From the IMG/VR virus record IMGVR_UViG_3300025782_000004: 64,000 nucleotides of DNA; one strand, given 5' to 3'. How positions within the stretch are numbered: position 1 is the stretch's first letter; each line of letters opens with the position of its first letter. Under the pieces are notes generated by a model. That model searched no databases and was not told where the DNA came from. It saw only the letters and a program-made list of their open reading frames with translations. The position numbers were made by a program, and so were the translations under genes. This DNA is from an uncultured virus (IMG/VR IMGVR_UViG_3300025782_000004). Lineage: Duplodnaviria > Heunggongvirae > Uroviricota > Caudoviricetes. This document shows, in pieces, positions 48,316-57,723 of the stretch.

Positions 48316-49154
48316 TGACACAACGTATTTTAATTATGGGCCTTCCAGGCTCGGGCAAAACAACATTGGCCGGCGCTCTTAAAAAATATCTTGAAGAGCA
48401 CGGTGAGATTAGCTATGCTCGTGCTACTCGTGAAATGATTGGCAATTTTAATTGTGAAGTAAATTGGTTCAATGCAGACGATATTCGACGCAAGTACAAC
48501 GACTGGGACTTCTCAAACGATGGACGTATTCGTCAGAGCCTGCGTATGTTTCAATTCAGTATGGAATCGGGCGGAGACTATGTGATCTGTGACTTTGTGG
48601 CACCCTTGGTTGAGATGCGCAACAACTTCAAGGCCGACTGGACCATCTGGATGGATACCATACGTGAAGGACGATATGCAGATACTAATGCGGCCTTTGT
48701 GGAACCCGAAGTATATGACTTCCGTATCACCGAGCAGAATGCAGAAAAATGGGCCGAATTTATTGGCGAACATATTATTGAAAATCGACGTCGTCCTACG
48801 TTTGATTGGAAGAAAGAAACTGTACAGATGTTGGGACGTTGGCAACCATGGCATGATGGACACCGCGCACTATTTGAACGTCTAATACAACGTACAGGGC
48901 AAGTAGTTATTCAAGTACGTGATGTACAGGGTTGGCAAGGATCTAATCCATTTGAAATTGACAAAGTTAAATCTTTTATACGCAGAGATTTAGATCCCAT
49001 CTATCAAGGACAGTATGAAATACAAGTAGTACCTAATATTGTACACATTGGTTGGGGTCGTGGAGTAGGTTATACTTCAGGTGAAGAAACATTTGACGAT
49101 GCAATTACTGATATTAGTGCTACAAAGATACGCAAAGAATTAGGTCTCAAGTAG
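48315..49154 (+). CDS. APS-kinase-like P-loop kinase fused to an HxGH nucleotidyltransferase domain
   Basis: GLPGSGKTT, NADDIR and DFSNDGR in the N-terminal part; GRWQPWHDGH and ISATKIR in the C-terminal part. Confidence 0.8.
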   Translation: MTQRILIMGLPGSGKTTLAGALKKYLEEHGEISYARATREMIGNFNCEVNWFNADDIRRKYNDWDFSNDGRIRQSLRMFQFSMESGGDYVICDFVAPLVEMRNNFKADWTIWMDTIREGRYADTNAAFVEPEVYDFRITEQNAEKWAEFIGEHIIENRRRPTFDWKKETVQMLGRWQPWHDGHRALFERLIQRTGQVVIQVRDVQGWQGSNPFEIDKVKSFIRRDLDPIYQGQYEIQVVPNIVHIGWGRGVGYTSGEETFDDAITDISATKIRKELGLK

Positions 49155-49351
49155 TGGATACTGCTAAACGTAGTTTGGTAAAAACAATCAGTTGGCGGGT
49201 AGTTGGTAGTACAGCTACGTTTGGCATTAGTTATTTGATATCTGAAAATTTTGCTGTTGCTGGGACTATAGCTATCGTGCAGTTGATTGCAAACACCGTA
49301 CTATACTTTGTACATGAGAGGCTGTGGAATCGTGTTAATTGGGGTCGATAG
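49154..49351 (+). CDS. DUF2061-like small membrane protein
   Basis: RSLVKTISWR...YFVHERLW pattern; GTG start. Confidence 0.8.
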   Translation: MDTAKRSLVKTISWRVVGSTATFGISYLISENFAVAGTIAIVQLIANTVLYFVHERLWNRVNWGR

Positions 49352-50507
49352 CAATTCGTTGACCTAAACGATTAACGGTATACGGCGCCGGGGTAGTAAA
49401 ACTATCAGCCATGGACTTTAATTCTGCTTTAAGATGATCCCATTCTTTCTTGATAAAATTAGGATCTGTAAACAAGTTATAGTTATGATCTAGTGTAGGT
49501 TGCATGTCTATCAGCATTAATTTTTGTTGTTCTGGTGACATATTAGATAGATCGCGTAGTATGTCTACTACCCGGGACATTCTTAGAATAGGATCTTCTA
49601 TGGCGTCGTAGCTTTCGTCCCAATAATCACCAAATGTACGGAATCCGTAACTGCGTAGATACTCTAAGTTATGAACACAACCCAGCAGTAGGAAGGGCAT
49701 ACGCAGGACAATTGGTTTAAATATTTTTTCTGTTAGGTGAGTTTTATCTTGCCAATAACAAGTTTCAGTAACAACAAATACAAAACTTTCCATCAATTGA
49801 TCCATAGGACTTAATAACATACTTTGATTGGGTATATCTTGATCAGCAAAATCTATTCGAAGTTCTGGAAGTTGGTTAATGTTAGTGATAGCTTCTCTTA
49901 CAAGTAAAGGATCAACTCCTTGATTAACAATACTTAATTCTAAATTAGAATCAAATGATCCGCCATCGGGACAAATTTTGCTAAAGCTAACGTAGCCCTG
50001 ATCTAATAGATTATGTTTATACAATTCATTAACGAAAAGACTTCTATATACACGTTCGTTACTGGTTAACCTATTAAAAGTAATATATGTTTTTGCTAGT
50101 GTTCTATCCCGTGGACTGATTAATCCTGGTAAGTATTCGTGTCCTCGATACCAATCTGCTGCTGCAAATATGTGAAAAAAGTAATCGAGGTGAGCAAATC
50201 TAAATTGATCACAAATGCGTTCTTTTTCAGTTGACAACTGTTCAGTACTAACTAAAACCCACGGTCCGTAGGTATTTGAAGTAATGTATTCAAATAATGA
50301 TTTGTTGTAACCAAAGTTAAGAGGTTCTTGATCATAAAAAATAAACATTGGTCCTCGAGCTTCTGGTGGATCCGTGTCATTTCTTAATGTTTCTAAGTTT
50401 TCTGGTTGAGTTGACCCAAAAGGGTATAGGTATACTACCCTTGGATCTGCTATAATAGTCTTTAAGTATTGGTATATATTTTCGTAATGATTGGATAGGT
50501 TATACAT
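49335..50507 (-). CDS. Hypothetical protein, possible glycosyltransferase-like ('TEK.FKPI' family)
   Basis: VVTET...LTEKIFKPI...GFRTF..YWDESYD...HNY. Paralog of 54935. Confidence 0.6.
   Translation of the reverse strand: MYNLSNHYENIYQYLKTIIADPRVVYLYPFGSTQPENLETLRNDTDPPEARGPMFIFYDQEPLNFGYNKSLFEYITSNTYGPWVLVSTEQLSTEKERICDQFRFAHLDYFFHIFAAADWYRGHEYLPGLISPRDRTLAKTYITFNRLTSNERVYRSLFVNELYKHNLLDQGYVSFSKICPDGGSFDSNLELSIVNQGVDPLLVREAITNINQLPELRIDFADQDIPNQSMLLSPMDQLMESFVFVVTETCYWQDKTHLTEKIFKPIVLRMPFLLLGCVHNLEYLRSYGFRTFGDYWDESYDAIEDPILRMSRVVDILRDLSNMSPEQQKLMLIDMQPTLDHNYNLFTDPNFIKKEWDHLKAELKSMADSFTTPAPYTVNRLGQRIAIDPN
50448..50456 (+). promoter_or_regulatory. Candidate extended -10 promoter (TGcTATAAT) for the 50506 gene, inside the divergent CDS
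   Basis: Perfect extended -10 about 50 nt upstream of ATG 50506; no clear -35. Confidence 0.4.
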
Positions 50508-52926
50508 GTTTGATGTTTTTTATCAGGGACCAAAACCGGGATTATTTGCTTTCGAGCAACCTGCAGAGTCTCTTGACGAAGCTGCAAGCAAGAGTAGAAC
50601 TAGTCACTACTGGTATATTTATGGGGGCAATGACTACACGGGATTTGATTTTGACTATACACCTGTCCCTTGGGAAACTAGTCACATACATGTCTGGCCT
50701 AGTCAATGGCAACAAGATGGCGGGGTATATCTAGCCAATCGACGTACTGTGGCTAACCGTGAATGGCATTTCCGTACAGAACAACGTGTTGTGAGAATAC
50801 CAGATGACACTAATTGGACTATTCCTGCATATTTGACCGGTATCGACACCAGTTGGCATCCAGATCCTCACGAACCTAGCTACGTATATCATTTTCCTAG
50901 CCAGTGGCAAAGTGCTAGTGGAGCATACTATACTGTTCCTGGCGCTACTGAAGTTAAGTTGTCAGATCAACAGATATCTACTGCTATTCCCAATCGTCGG
51001 TACTGGCACATACCCGATGAAATCAATCAAGAAGGTGTAGATTTTAGCTGGCATCCCAACGTATTAGATCCTGCGTACATATACCACTTTGGCACAGACT
51101 GGCAGGCCAGTGTTGGCCTAACTTATACAGTCACAGGTGCTACGGAAATTAAGTTTGCTGGGCCCATACCTGGCGGAGAAAATGCCTTGGAAGTGCAGGA
51201 CATATTCTTTATAGACAAGGGCAATGATACTGCTACTACACGCTACGAACTGCTACGTGGCAAGTATGGTGATCGTGTGACCAAATTACGATATGCCAAT
51301 AGCCTAATAGACACCATTGCTCGTTGTGCTAATAGAACCACTACAAATAAATTTTGGGTTATCAGCAGTGAGTACGATTATACTACATTTGATTTTGCGT
51401 GGCATGCAGAACCTTGGCAAAGTTTCATGACACACGTATTCCCTAGCCAGCATCAAAAGTGGTCTGACACATTCTTAATTAACAAGTGGGAATTTCAACG
51501 TCACACAGAGTGGGCCAGCACCTTAGAAGAGTTTCCTAATTTGAACTTTGTAACAGATCAAACAGTAAGCAAGCCCGATAACTTGCATAACATTTATTAT
51601 GTCGATCACGGTAATCCTACCAGTCGACATCAGTATGAACTTCTACGTTTATCACACCCTGACATAGTATTCACACGTTTTGTAGACAATTACTTAGATA
51701 CATTTAAACGTATTATGTCGACTGCTACTACAGAATATGTTTGGATCATTAATAGTGTATGTGATTACACCCAGTTTGACTTTACGTGGCAACCAGAACC
51801 TTGGCAACGGGAAATGATCCACGTATTCCCTAGTGACAATCAAGAACGTGGCGATACCTTTTACATACACGTAGAATCATTTAAAAAACAAATGATTGAA
51901 TTAGAGTTGTTGGATTGGTTTAATGTAATTAACTATTGTGAAGATCAACGTGTGTACCGTTTTGATATGCCCGTACATCAATACTACACAGATGACCTGG
52001 TATCCGAAATTAAGAACTACAAGTTTGACACTCCATATGTATTGTTTACTAACCAAAAAGATCTACAGATGTTGGCAACACCCTGCTTATGGACAAAGAA
52101 AGATCGAGTTGTAGAACGTTTATCGCCTGCGGGTGCTACCGCGATAGTACCTCGTGATATCAAGGCTGATTTGAAGACACAAATCTATGATTATCCTTAT
52201 ATTCATGCTGGAAAACCGTGGGTAAACGACTACTTAGGAGGTGAGTTTAGCCTTGACATAGTCTATATCAGTAACGGAGAACCCGATGAAGAACGTTGGT
52301 ATGAACATACTTGTGACGTAACCAATTCACGAGTAAAATGGGTTAGGGGAGTAAATGGTCGTACTGCCGCTTATCAAGAAGCTGCACGTCAGAGTCGCAC
52401 ACCGTGGTTCTTTGCTGTGTTTGCTAAGTTACAGGTCAATCCAGAATTTCCATGGCATACTTGGATGCCAGATTATTTTCAAGAACCTAAACACTATATC
52501 TTTAATAGCCATAATCCTGTAAATGGATTAGAGTATGGACATCAGGGTGTTATTGCTTATAACAAGAGATTAGTATTAGAAAATACAGCACCGGGCATCG
52601 ACTTTACACTTTCGCAAGCACATGAAGCAGTTCCTTTATTATCAGGTATAGCACATTTCAATCAAAGTGAGTGGATGACTTGGCGTACTGCTTTCCGTGA
52701 AGTAGTTAAATTAAAGCACTTTATGGCTACACAACCAACACTAGAAACCAGTCATAGACTAGCAACATGGACAACGGTTGCTGAAGGCGACTTTGCTGAA
52801 TGGAGTATTCGTGGAGCAGAAGATGCTATTCAGTACTACAATGAAGTGGGTGGGGATTACAATCAGCTCATGTTGAGCTTTGAGTGGGCCTGGTTACAGG
52901 AACGTTTTAACGCAGGTAATTTATAA
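50506..52926 (+). CDS. Multi-repeat protein of degenerate GT-A-like modules
   Basis: Repeated W.I....DYT.FDF...(P)W...HV.PS modules; C-terminus homologous to 34342. ATG 50506 preferred over TTG 50491. Confidence 0.7.
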   Translation: MFDVFYQGPKPGLFAFEQPAESLDEAASKSRTSHYWYIYGGNDYTGFDFDYTPVPWETSHIHVWPSQWQQDGGVYLANRRTVANREWHFRTEQRVVRIPDDTNWTIPAYLTGIDTSWHPDPHEPSYVYHFPSQWQSASGAYYTVPGATEVKLSDQQISTAIPNRRYWHIPDEINQEGVDFSWHPNVLDPAYIYHFGTDWQASVGLTYTVTGATEIKFAGPIPGGENALEVQDIFFIDKGNDTATTRYELLRGKYGDRVTKLRYANSLIDTIARCANRTTTNKFWVISSEYDYTTFDFAWHAEPWQSFMTHVFPSQHQKWSDTFLINKWEFQRHTEWASTLEEFPNLNFVTDQTVSKPDNLHNIYYVDHGNPTSRHQYELLRLSHPDIVFTRFVDNYLDTFKRIMSTATTEYVWIINSVCDYTQFDFTWQPEPWQREMIHVFPSDNQERGDTFYIHVESFKKQMIELELLDWFNVINYCEDQRVYRFDMPVHQYYTDDLVSEIKNYKFDTPYVLFTNQKDLQMLATPCLWTKKDRVVERLSPAGATAIVPRDIKADLKTQIYDYPYIHAGKPWVNDYLGGEFSLDIVYISNGEPDEERWYEHTCDVTNSRVKWVRGVNGRTAAYQEAARQSRTPWFFAVFAKLQVNPEFPWHTWMPDYFQEPKHYIFNSHNPVNGLEYGHQGVIAYNKRLVLENTAPGIDFTLSQAHEAVPLLSGIAHFNQSEWMTWRTAFREVVKLKHFMATQPTLETSHRLATWTTVAEGDFAEWSIRGAEDAIQYYNEVGGDYNQLMLSFEWAWLQERFNAGNL

Positions 52927-54013
52927 CAGATTCTGCAACGATTTCTACTTCAGTGTCAGTCAGTTCGGGGTAGATGGGCAAGCTCAAACACTCTCTACTA
53001 AATGCAGTAGATTCTCTAAATAGATCACGAGCATAATCAATATAGTTGTAGCCAACACTTAATTCAAACAGGGGTTTATCGTAATTGCAACGAGTTTCAA
53101 TTCCGTGATTGCGCATAAAATCTTTGAGTGTGTGTCTATTAGCAGTTCTAATAACAAACTTTGACCAAGCTGAATCAACACCAAGTCCGGGTCCTACAAT
53201 ATCAACATATCCATCCAGCTGTTCGATATAGTATTCAGCAATTTCCTGTCTACGTGCTTGCCAGGAATCAAAGTATTCAAGTTTGACCAGCATGGCAGCA
53301 CAATCAGCTTCCGACATCTTGCTGTTAGTTCCGTGAGCCTGGTGTCCCATCTTTTTGCCATTGTCACGCAGGTCCAGTAGATCTTCATATATGCTGTAAC
53401 TATCTGTCAAGACCATACCACCTGAACCATAGTTGTTTAGATTCTTAGTGGGATCAAAACTCAACACACTGATGTGACCTAGACTACCTGAAGGTATTCC
53501 TTTGTAGCTAGCACCAAATGATTGTGCAGCATCTTCAATTACTAAAATATCATCGTTGAAAAATTCTGTTTGTAGTCTAAAACGATCCCAATCTATGACA
53601 TGTCCAAATAGGTTAGCGTACATGATACAATCTACACCAGCACCGGTCAGCGCGGTATCCATTGACTCCAAATCTAATAGAGCACAATGATCAGTATCGC
53701 AGAACACAGGGGTATGCCCAGCGTACAGCACACTATTAATAGTGGCAGCAAAACTTAGGGTGGGAATTAATACTCGACTTTCGGCTGGGATACAGGCCTG
53801 TTGTGCAAAAATTAAACCTTGCGTACAACTGCCCACTGCCACAGCCCATTGGCGTCCACAACGTTGAGCCACAGCCTCTTCAAAGGCACGAGTACACGGG
53901 CCGTCTAGAACTTGTCCAGTCTGATATACTTCATCCATGGCATCCATGATTTCTTCACGTAGAGTCTTGTATTGACGATCAACGCCAAAGAACGGAATCT
54001 TTAAGCCACTCAT
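52907..54013 (-). CDS. DegT/DnrJ/EryC1/StrS-family PLP-dependent sugar aminotransferase
   Basis: IEDAAQSFGA, SFDPTKNL (PLP lysine), GGMVLTD, LSLPIYPEL. Start MSGLKIPFF at 54013. Confidence 0.93.
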   Translation of the reverse strand: MSGLKIPFFGVDRQYKTLREEIMDAMDEVYQTGQVLDGPCTRAFEEAVAQRCGRQWAVAVGSCTQGLIFAQQACIPAESRVLIPTLSFAATINSVLYAGHTPVFCDTDHCALLDLESMDTALTGAGVDCIMYANLFGHVIDWDRFRLQTEFFNDDILVIEDAAQSFGASYKGIPSGSLGHISVLSFDPTKNLNNYGSGGMVLTDSYSIYEDLLDLRDNGKKMGHQAHGTNSKMSEADCAAMLVKLEYFDSWQARRQEIAEYYIEQLDGYVDIVGPGLGVDSAWSKFVIRTANRHTLKDFMRNHGIETRCNYDKPLFELSVGYNYIDYARDLFRESTAFSRECLSLPIYPELTDTEVEIVAESVINYLR

Positions 54014-54938
54014 AGTACAGTTGGAAACCTTCTTCAATATCAATTTTTCCGCGATAGCCAAAGTCCATACCAGCACGAATTGTGCTTAGTGTACCTCGAC
54101 TAGGAAAACGTGGATTGGCCTCAGCTATTCGAATACGACCATTACCAGCAATTTTAACGGCCAGTTCTGCGGCTTCCAATAGTGTTCGACCGCTACTGCG
54201 TGTGATATTATAAGTACGCCTACTACTGTTAAAACTATTAGTAGCACGTACTATACCTTTTACACAATCATCTACGTAGGTAAAGTCTAATACTTCATCG
54301 GGACCGCATACTACTAATTCTTGATTGCGCATAGCCGCTACCAGGAAACGACTGACCACACGATCTAATACATCACGTGGCCCATATACTGCTGAAGGGC
54401 GTAGAACAACATGATCTATTCCTGCACGATCACAATGATCACGAGTCAGTTGTTCACCTGCTAACTTAAGAATACCGTAAATGCCTTTTGGGGTACACTT
54501 CATATCCTCGTAGCCGTAAAGGTCAAAGTCACCATAGACCATACTAGAGCTAACATAAACAAATCTACGTACTTTCCAGTATTCACTGGCACGCAATAAA
54601 TTAATAAGCCCACCAGTTAAGACTTCAGAACCTTCTATGGGATTTAGATCAACAGCCTTGGCGCGAGGATAAGCAGCACAATGTATAACAATGTCAGGAC
54701 GGCATTCAGCAAATACTTCTGTCAGTGCTGGATAATCTCTAATGTCAATTTGGTGTATTCGTTTGTTGTTTAATCTAGCCAGACGTTCGTTGTGTAGCTG
54801 TGTAACCTCTTTTGCAGGTATAGTTCCGCTATAGTCGGTGAGACTATCTATCACACAAACATCATGTCCTTGACGTTCAAATTTGGCCACAATGCCGTGA
54901 CCAATAAATCCAAGTCCACCAGTAACTAATATTTTCAT
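53979..54938 (-). CDS. NAD-dependent NDP-sugar epimerase/dehydratase (extended SDR)
   Basis: TGGLGFIG, SSSMVYG, YGILK (YxxxK), VYGP, DFTYVDD. Confidence 0.92.
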   Translation of the reverse strand: MKILVTGGLGFIGHGIVAKFERQGHDVCVIDSLTDYSGTIPAKEVTQLHNERLARLNNKRIHQIDIRDYPALTEVFAECRPDIVIHCAAYPRAKAVDLNPIEGSEVLTGGLINLLRASEYWKVRRFVYVSSSMVYGDFDLYGYEDMKCTPKGIYGILKLAGEQLTRDHCDRAGIDHVVLRPSAVYGPRDVLDRVVSRFLVAAMRNQELVVCGPDEVLDFTYVDDCVKGIVRATNSFNSSRRTYNITRSSGRTLLEAAELAVKIAGNGRIRIAEANPRFPSRGTLSTIRAGMDFGYRGKIDIEEGFQLYYEWLKDSVLWR

Positions 54939-56002
54939 CTGTTTGCTATAATCTCTTCAATTTGAATTTTTACTTGTGCTATTTCTTTATTATACAGTAA
55001 AGGTAGGGACTTTGTAAAGTGATTATGGTTGTGTTCTAGCACAGGAAGCATTTCCTGATAAACAGAATTTATCTTTTCTGGGGACCAAGTACTCATGTCT
55101 AATATAACACGAAGCATGGCTTCAAATCGTTGACGTCCGACTAGTTTATCGTAACTTTGATCTATCCACTGTTCAAAAGTTTGAAATCCCATGTCTCTCA
55201 ACGCATCAAAACTATAAGGATTGCTGTGTAATAAAAAAGGTTGATAAAACAAAATTGGTTTAAACGTTTTCTCAGTAAAAAATGGAAACTTGTCAAGACT
55301 ATGTGTTTCTGTAACAATAGAACAAAAACAATCTTCGTAGTATTTGCTGTTACCTATGCCCCAATCGTTATAATCAAAATTGTCTACTAATCCAGTGGTC
55401 AGTGGAAGTAATTTTTTAGATTCTTTGAAGTCTATTTTATCTGCATACCAAACATTGCCATATTCGCCGGCTGAAAAATCCTGATCTATTTCGTCCAGTG
55501 ACTGATACGGTGTACGTTCATAATCTCCAATGTAACTAAAATAGGCCTTATTTCTTAGATTAAAGTTTTCAAAAAAATAAAATAGACCCTGTCGAAACCA
55601 TGTTGCACGATTGTTTAAAGATAAAAAATGTAAGAATTTGTTACTATTTTTTATAGCATCAAAATTGACATTTTTGTATACCATATTATGAGTATAATAG
55701 GAGTTAGCGTATTTTAGATTTATAAAACTTGCAGAATTTTTAAATTTATCTTTTAATACAGATGAAATTTCATGCGATAATAAAAAAATATAATAATTGC
55801 TATAGTCACGAGACAGCATATTTTCAATTTGGTCGTCTCTCAGCAGTTCCCCAATTTGGGAATATAAAATAATTTTATTTTTTAATTGAGAAAAATCTCT
55901 GTTTGATTCGTTTATTTCCCCGTGATATGTAGTTGATACTACTACGTTATCATTTGCTAAATTTACCAATTCTTGATAGGAGTTGGTTTTAAGGAAATTC
56001 AT
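54935..56002 (-). CDS. Hypothetical protein, 'TEK.FKPI' family (AT-rich)
   Basis: IVTET...FTEKTFKPI...GFQTF..WIDQSYD...HNH. Paralog of 49335. Confidence 0.6.
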   Translation of the reverse strand: MNFLKTNSYQELVNLANDNVVVSTTYHGEINESNRDFSQLKNKIILYSQIGELLRDDQIENMLSRDYSNYYIFLLSHEISSVLKDKFKNSASFINLKYANSYYTHNMVYKNVNFDAIKNSNKFLHFLSLNNRATWFRQGLFYFFENFNLRNKAYFSYIGDYERTPYQSLDEIDQDFSAGEYGNVWYADKIDFKESKKLLPLTTGLVDNFDYNDWGIGNSKYYEDCFCSIVTETHSLDKFPFFTEKTFKPILFYQPFLLHSNPYSFDALRDMGFQTFEQWIDQSYDKLVGRQRFEAMLRVILDMSTWSPEKINSVYQEMLPVLEHNHNHFTKSLPLLYNKEIAQVKIQIEEIIANR

Positions 56003-56910
56003 ACTGCCATTTCTGCTTGGATTGGTGGATGGCTAGTATATCCCTCTAACTTAATATCAGCCATGGTAAACTTGGTAATATCAGTAATGTCTGGATTTAA
56101 TAGAAGCTGTGGAGCAGGTAATGGTTCACGGTTTAATTGTTCTTTTACCTGCTCTACATGATTAAGGTATATGTGTGCGTCACCGAGGACATGAACGAAC
56201 TCTCCTACATCTAATTCACACACCTGCGCAACGAGGTGTGTTAGCAAACTATAGCTTGCGATGTTAAATGGTACACCTAAAAACATGTCACAACTACGTT
56301 GATACATCTGACAACTTAACTTACCGTCTTTACTTACATAAAACTGTGCAAATGCATGGCATGGCGGCAAAGCCATTTGATCTAGTTCTCCCGGATTCCA
56401 TGCAGTTAATATATGTCTGCGTCCAAAGGGATCTCGACGAATGCCGTCAATCAAGGTTCTAAGTTGATCAGTTTCGACTTCCTGCATACCGCCCTGGATA
56501 GTAAAGTAACTGCCAGCATCGTTTTTAATACTACCGGCCTTGACATGCTGACTACTTCGCCAGTGGCGCCACTGTACTCCATATACACGTCCTAGATCGC
56601 CTTCGTACTGTGCATGTGGTTTCCAGTAGGGTGCTTGAGCATTGGGAGTCCAAATAGTTGTAACCCCATCTCTAGTACCATGGGTAATTTCAGCTAGTCG
56701 GCGTTCATCTCCTGAGCCTTCGATCATCCATAGTAGCTCGCCCATACAGGCCTTCCATGCTAATCGTTTAGTAGTTACTGCGGGGAATGATTCGGTTAGG
56801 TTGTAGCGTTGTTGCATACCGAATAGGCTAATAGTGCCTACTCCGGTACGATCATCACGTTGTTCGCCTTGTTCAAGGACTTGTTTTAATGCGTTTAAAT
56901 ATTGATTCAT
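55999..56910 (-). CDS. thyA: Thymidylate synthase
   Basis: DRTGVGT, YGVQWR, ALPPCH, YQRSCDMFLGVPFNIASY, DAHIYLNH. Confidence 0.97.
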   Translation of the reverse strand: MNQYLNALKQVLEQGEQRDDRTGVGTISLFGMQQRYNLTESFPAVTTKRLAWKACMGELLWMIEGSGDERRLAEITHGTRDGVTTIWTPNAQAPYWKPHAQYEGDLGRVYGVQWRHWRSSQHVKAGSIKNDAGSYFTIQGGMQEVETDQLRTLIDGIRRDPFGRRHILTAWNPGELDQMALPPCHAFAQFYVSKDGKLSCQMYQRSCDMFLGVPFNIASYSLLTHLVAQVCELDVGEFVHVLGDAHIYLNHVEQVKEQLNREPLPAPQLLLNPDITDITKFTMADIKLEGYTSHPPIQAEMAV

Positions 56911-57379
56911 AGACCGTAAATGTTGATTGAAAATCTCGGCTAACAGATGCTCTAATAGGACTGAAGCCGGTAAGGAATTCTTTTACATGTATCCTAGTAT
57001 CTACTTTATACGATCCCTTGATGTGTGTCAAGTATATCCTGTCCAATACTGGTTTAGCTTCTTCTAATATAGCAGGACCACCAATAACAAATATGGTTTT
57101 ATCTGAATGCTGGGATTCAATTTCTAATAGTTTATCTACAATGTTGCCACTAAATGGCATGGCGTATCTAACAGGTCGATGTGTGGCTACATATACTGTA
57201 CGGTTGGGTAAGGGTTTGGGCATTTTACTATCTTCCCAAGTACGTCGTCCGCAGACAACTACATGTCCTGTAGTTAAGTCTTTAAACTGCTGTAAGTCTT
57301 CAGAGTTATGAGGCCACGGCAATGAGCCGTTAAACCCCATACCGCCGTTGAAGTCAACGGCAAATATGGCATTAATCAT
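56873..57379 (-). CDS. folA: Dihydrofolate reductase
   Basis: G.NGSLPW...DL..FK, GRRTWE, PLPNR, VIGG; adjacent to thyA. Confidence 0.93.
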   Translation of the reverse strand: MINAIFAVDFNGGMGFNGSLPWPHNSEDLQQFKDLTTGHVVVCGRRTWEDSKMPKPLPNRTVYVATHRPVRYAMPFSGNIVDKLLEIESQHSDKTIFVIGGPAILEEAKPVLDRIYLTHIKGSYKVDTRIHVKEFLTGFSPIRASVSRDFQSTFTVYESIFKRIKTSP

Positions 57380-57723
57380 AAGTTTTTTAAAAGTTGATCT
57401 GTGAAAGGTTGTACTACTTTTGCTACGCTATCTACACTAATATGAAAATCTACATCTTCAATAACATCATCGAGAGCATGTAATTTTTCATTGATCAGTT
57501 GTTCTACATAATCTGGATCAGCACCTTCATCAATCATTTCTTTAATGTTGACATCGACACTGGTTCCATCTTTGAGATTAACTGTAATGTATAGTAACAC
57601 ACCAATGGGAACCTGCTCTTTGTTTACTTCTTTGAGCAACTTCTCCCATTGGTCTTTACGATTTAAATTAAGCCGCTTGCTTTTTGGCTGTCGTGGCTTT
57701 TTTGGCTCTTGTTGTTTTGACAT
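57376..57723 (-). CDS. Hypothetical protein
   Basis: Its TGA overlaps the DHFR ATG. Confidence 0.7.
   Translation of the reverse strand: MSKQQEPKKPRQPKSKRLNLNRKDQWEKLLKEVNKEQVPIGVLLYITVNLKDGTSVDVNIKEMIDEGADPDYVEQLINEKLHALDDVIEDVDFHISVDSVAKVVQPFTDQLLKNL

Noticed and set aside
55999..56910. Group I intron or intein in thyA
   Set aside because: The ORF is continuous with all catalytic motifs. Only a short in-frame loop insertion follows WRHW.
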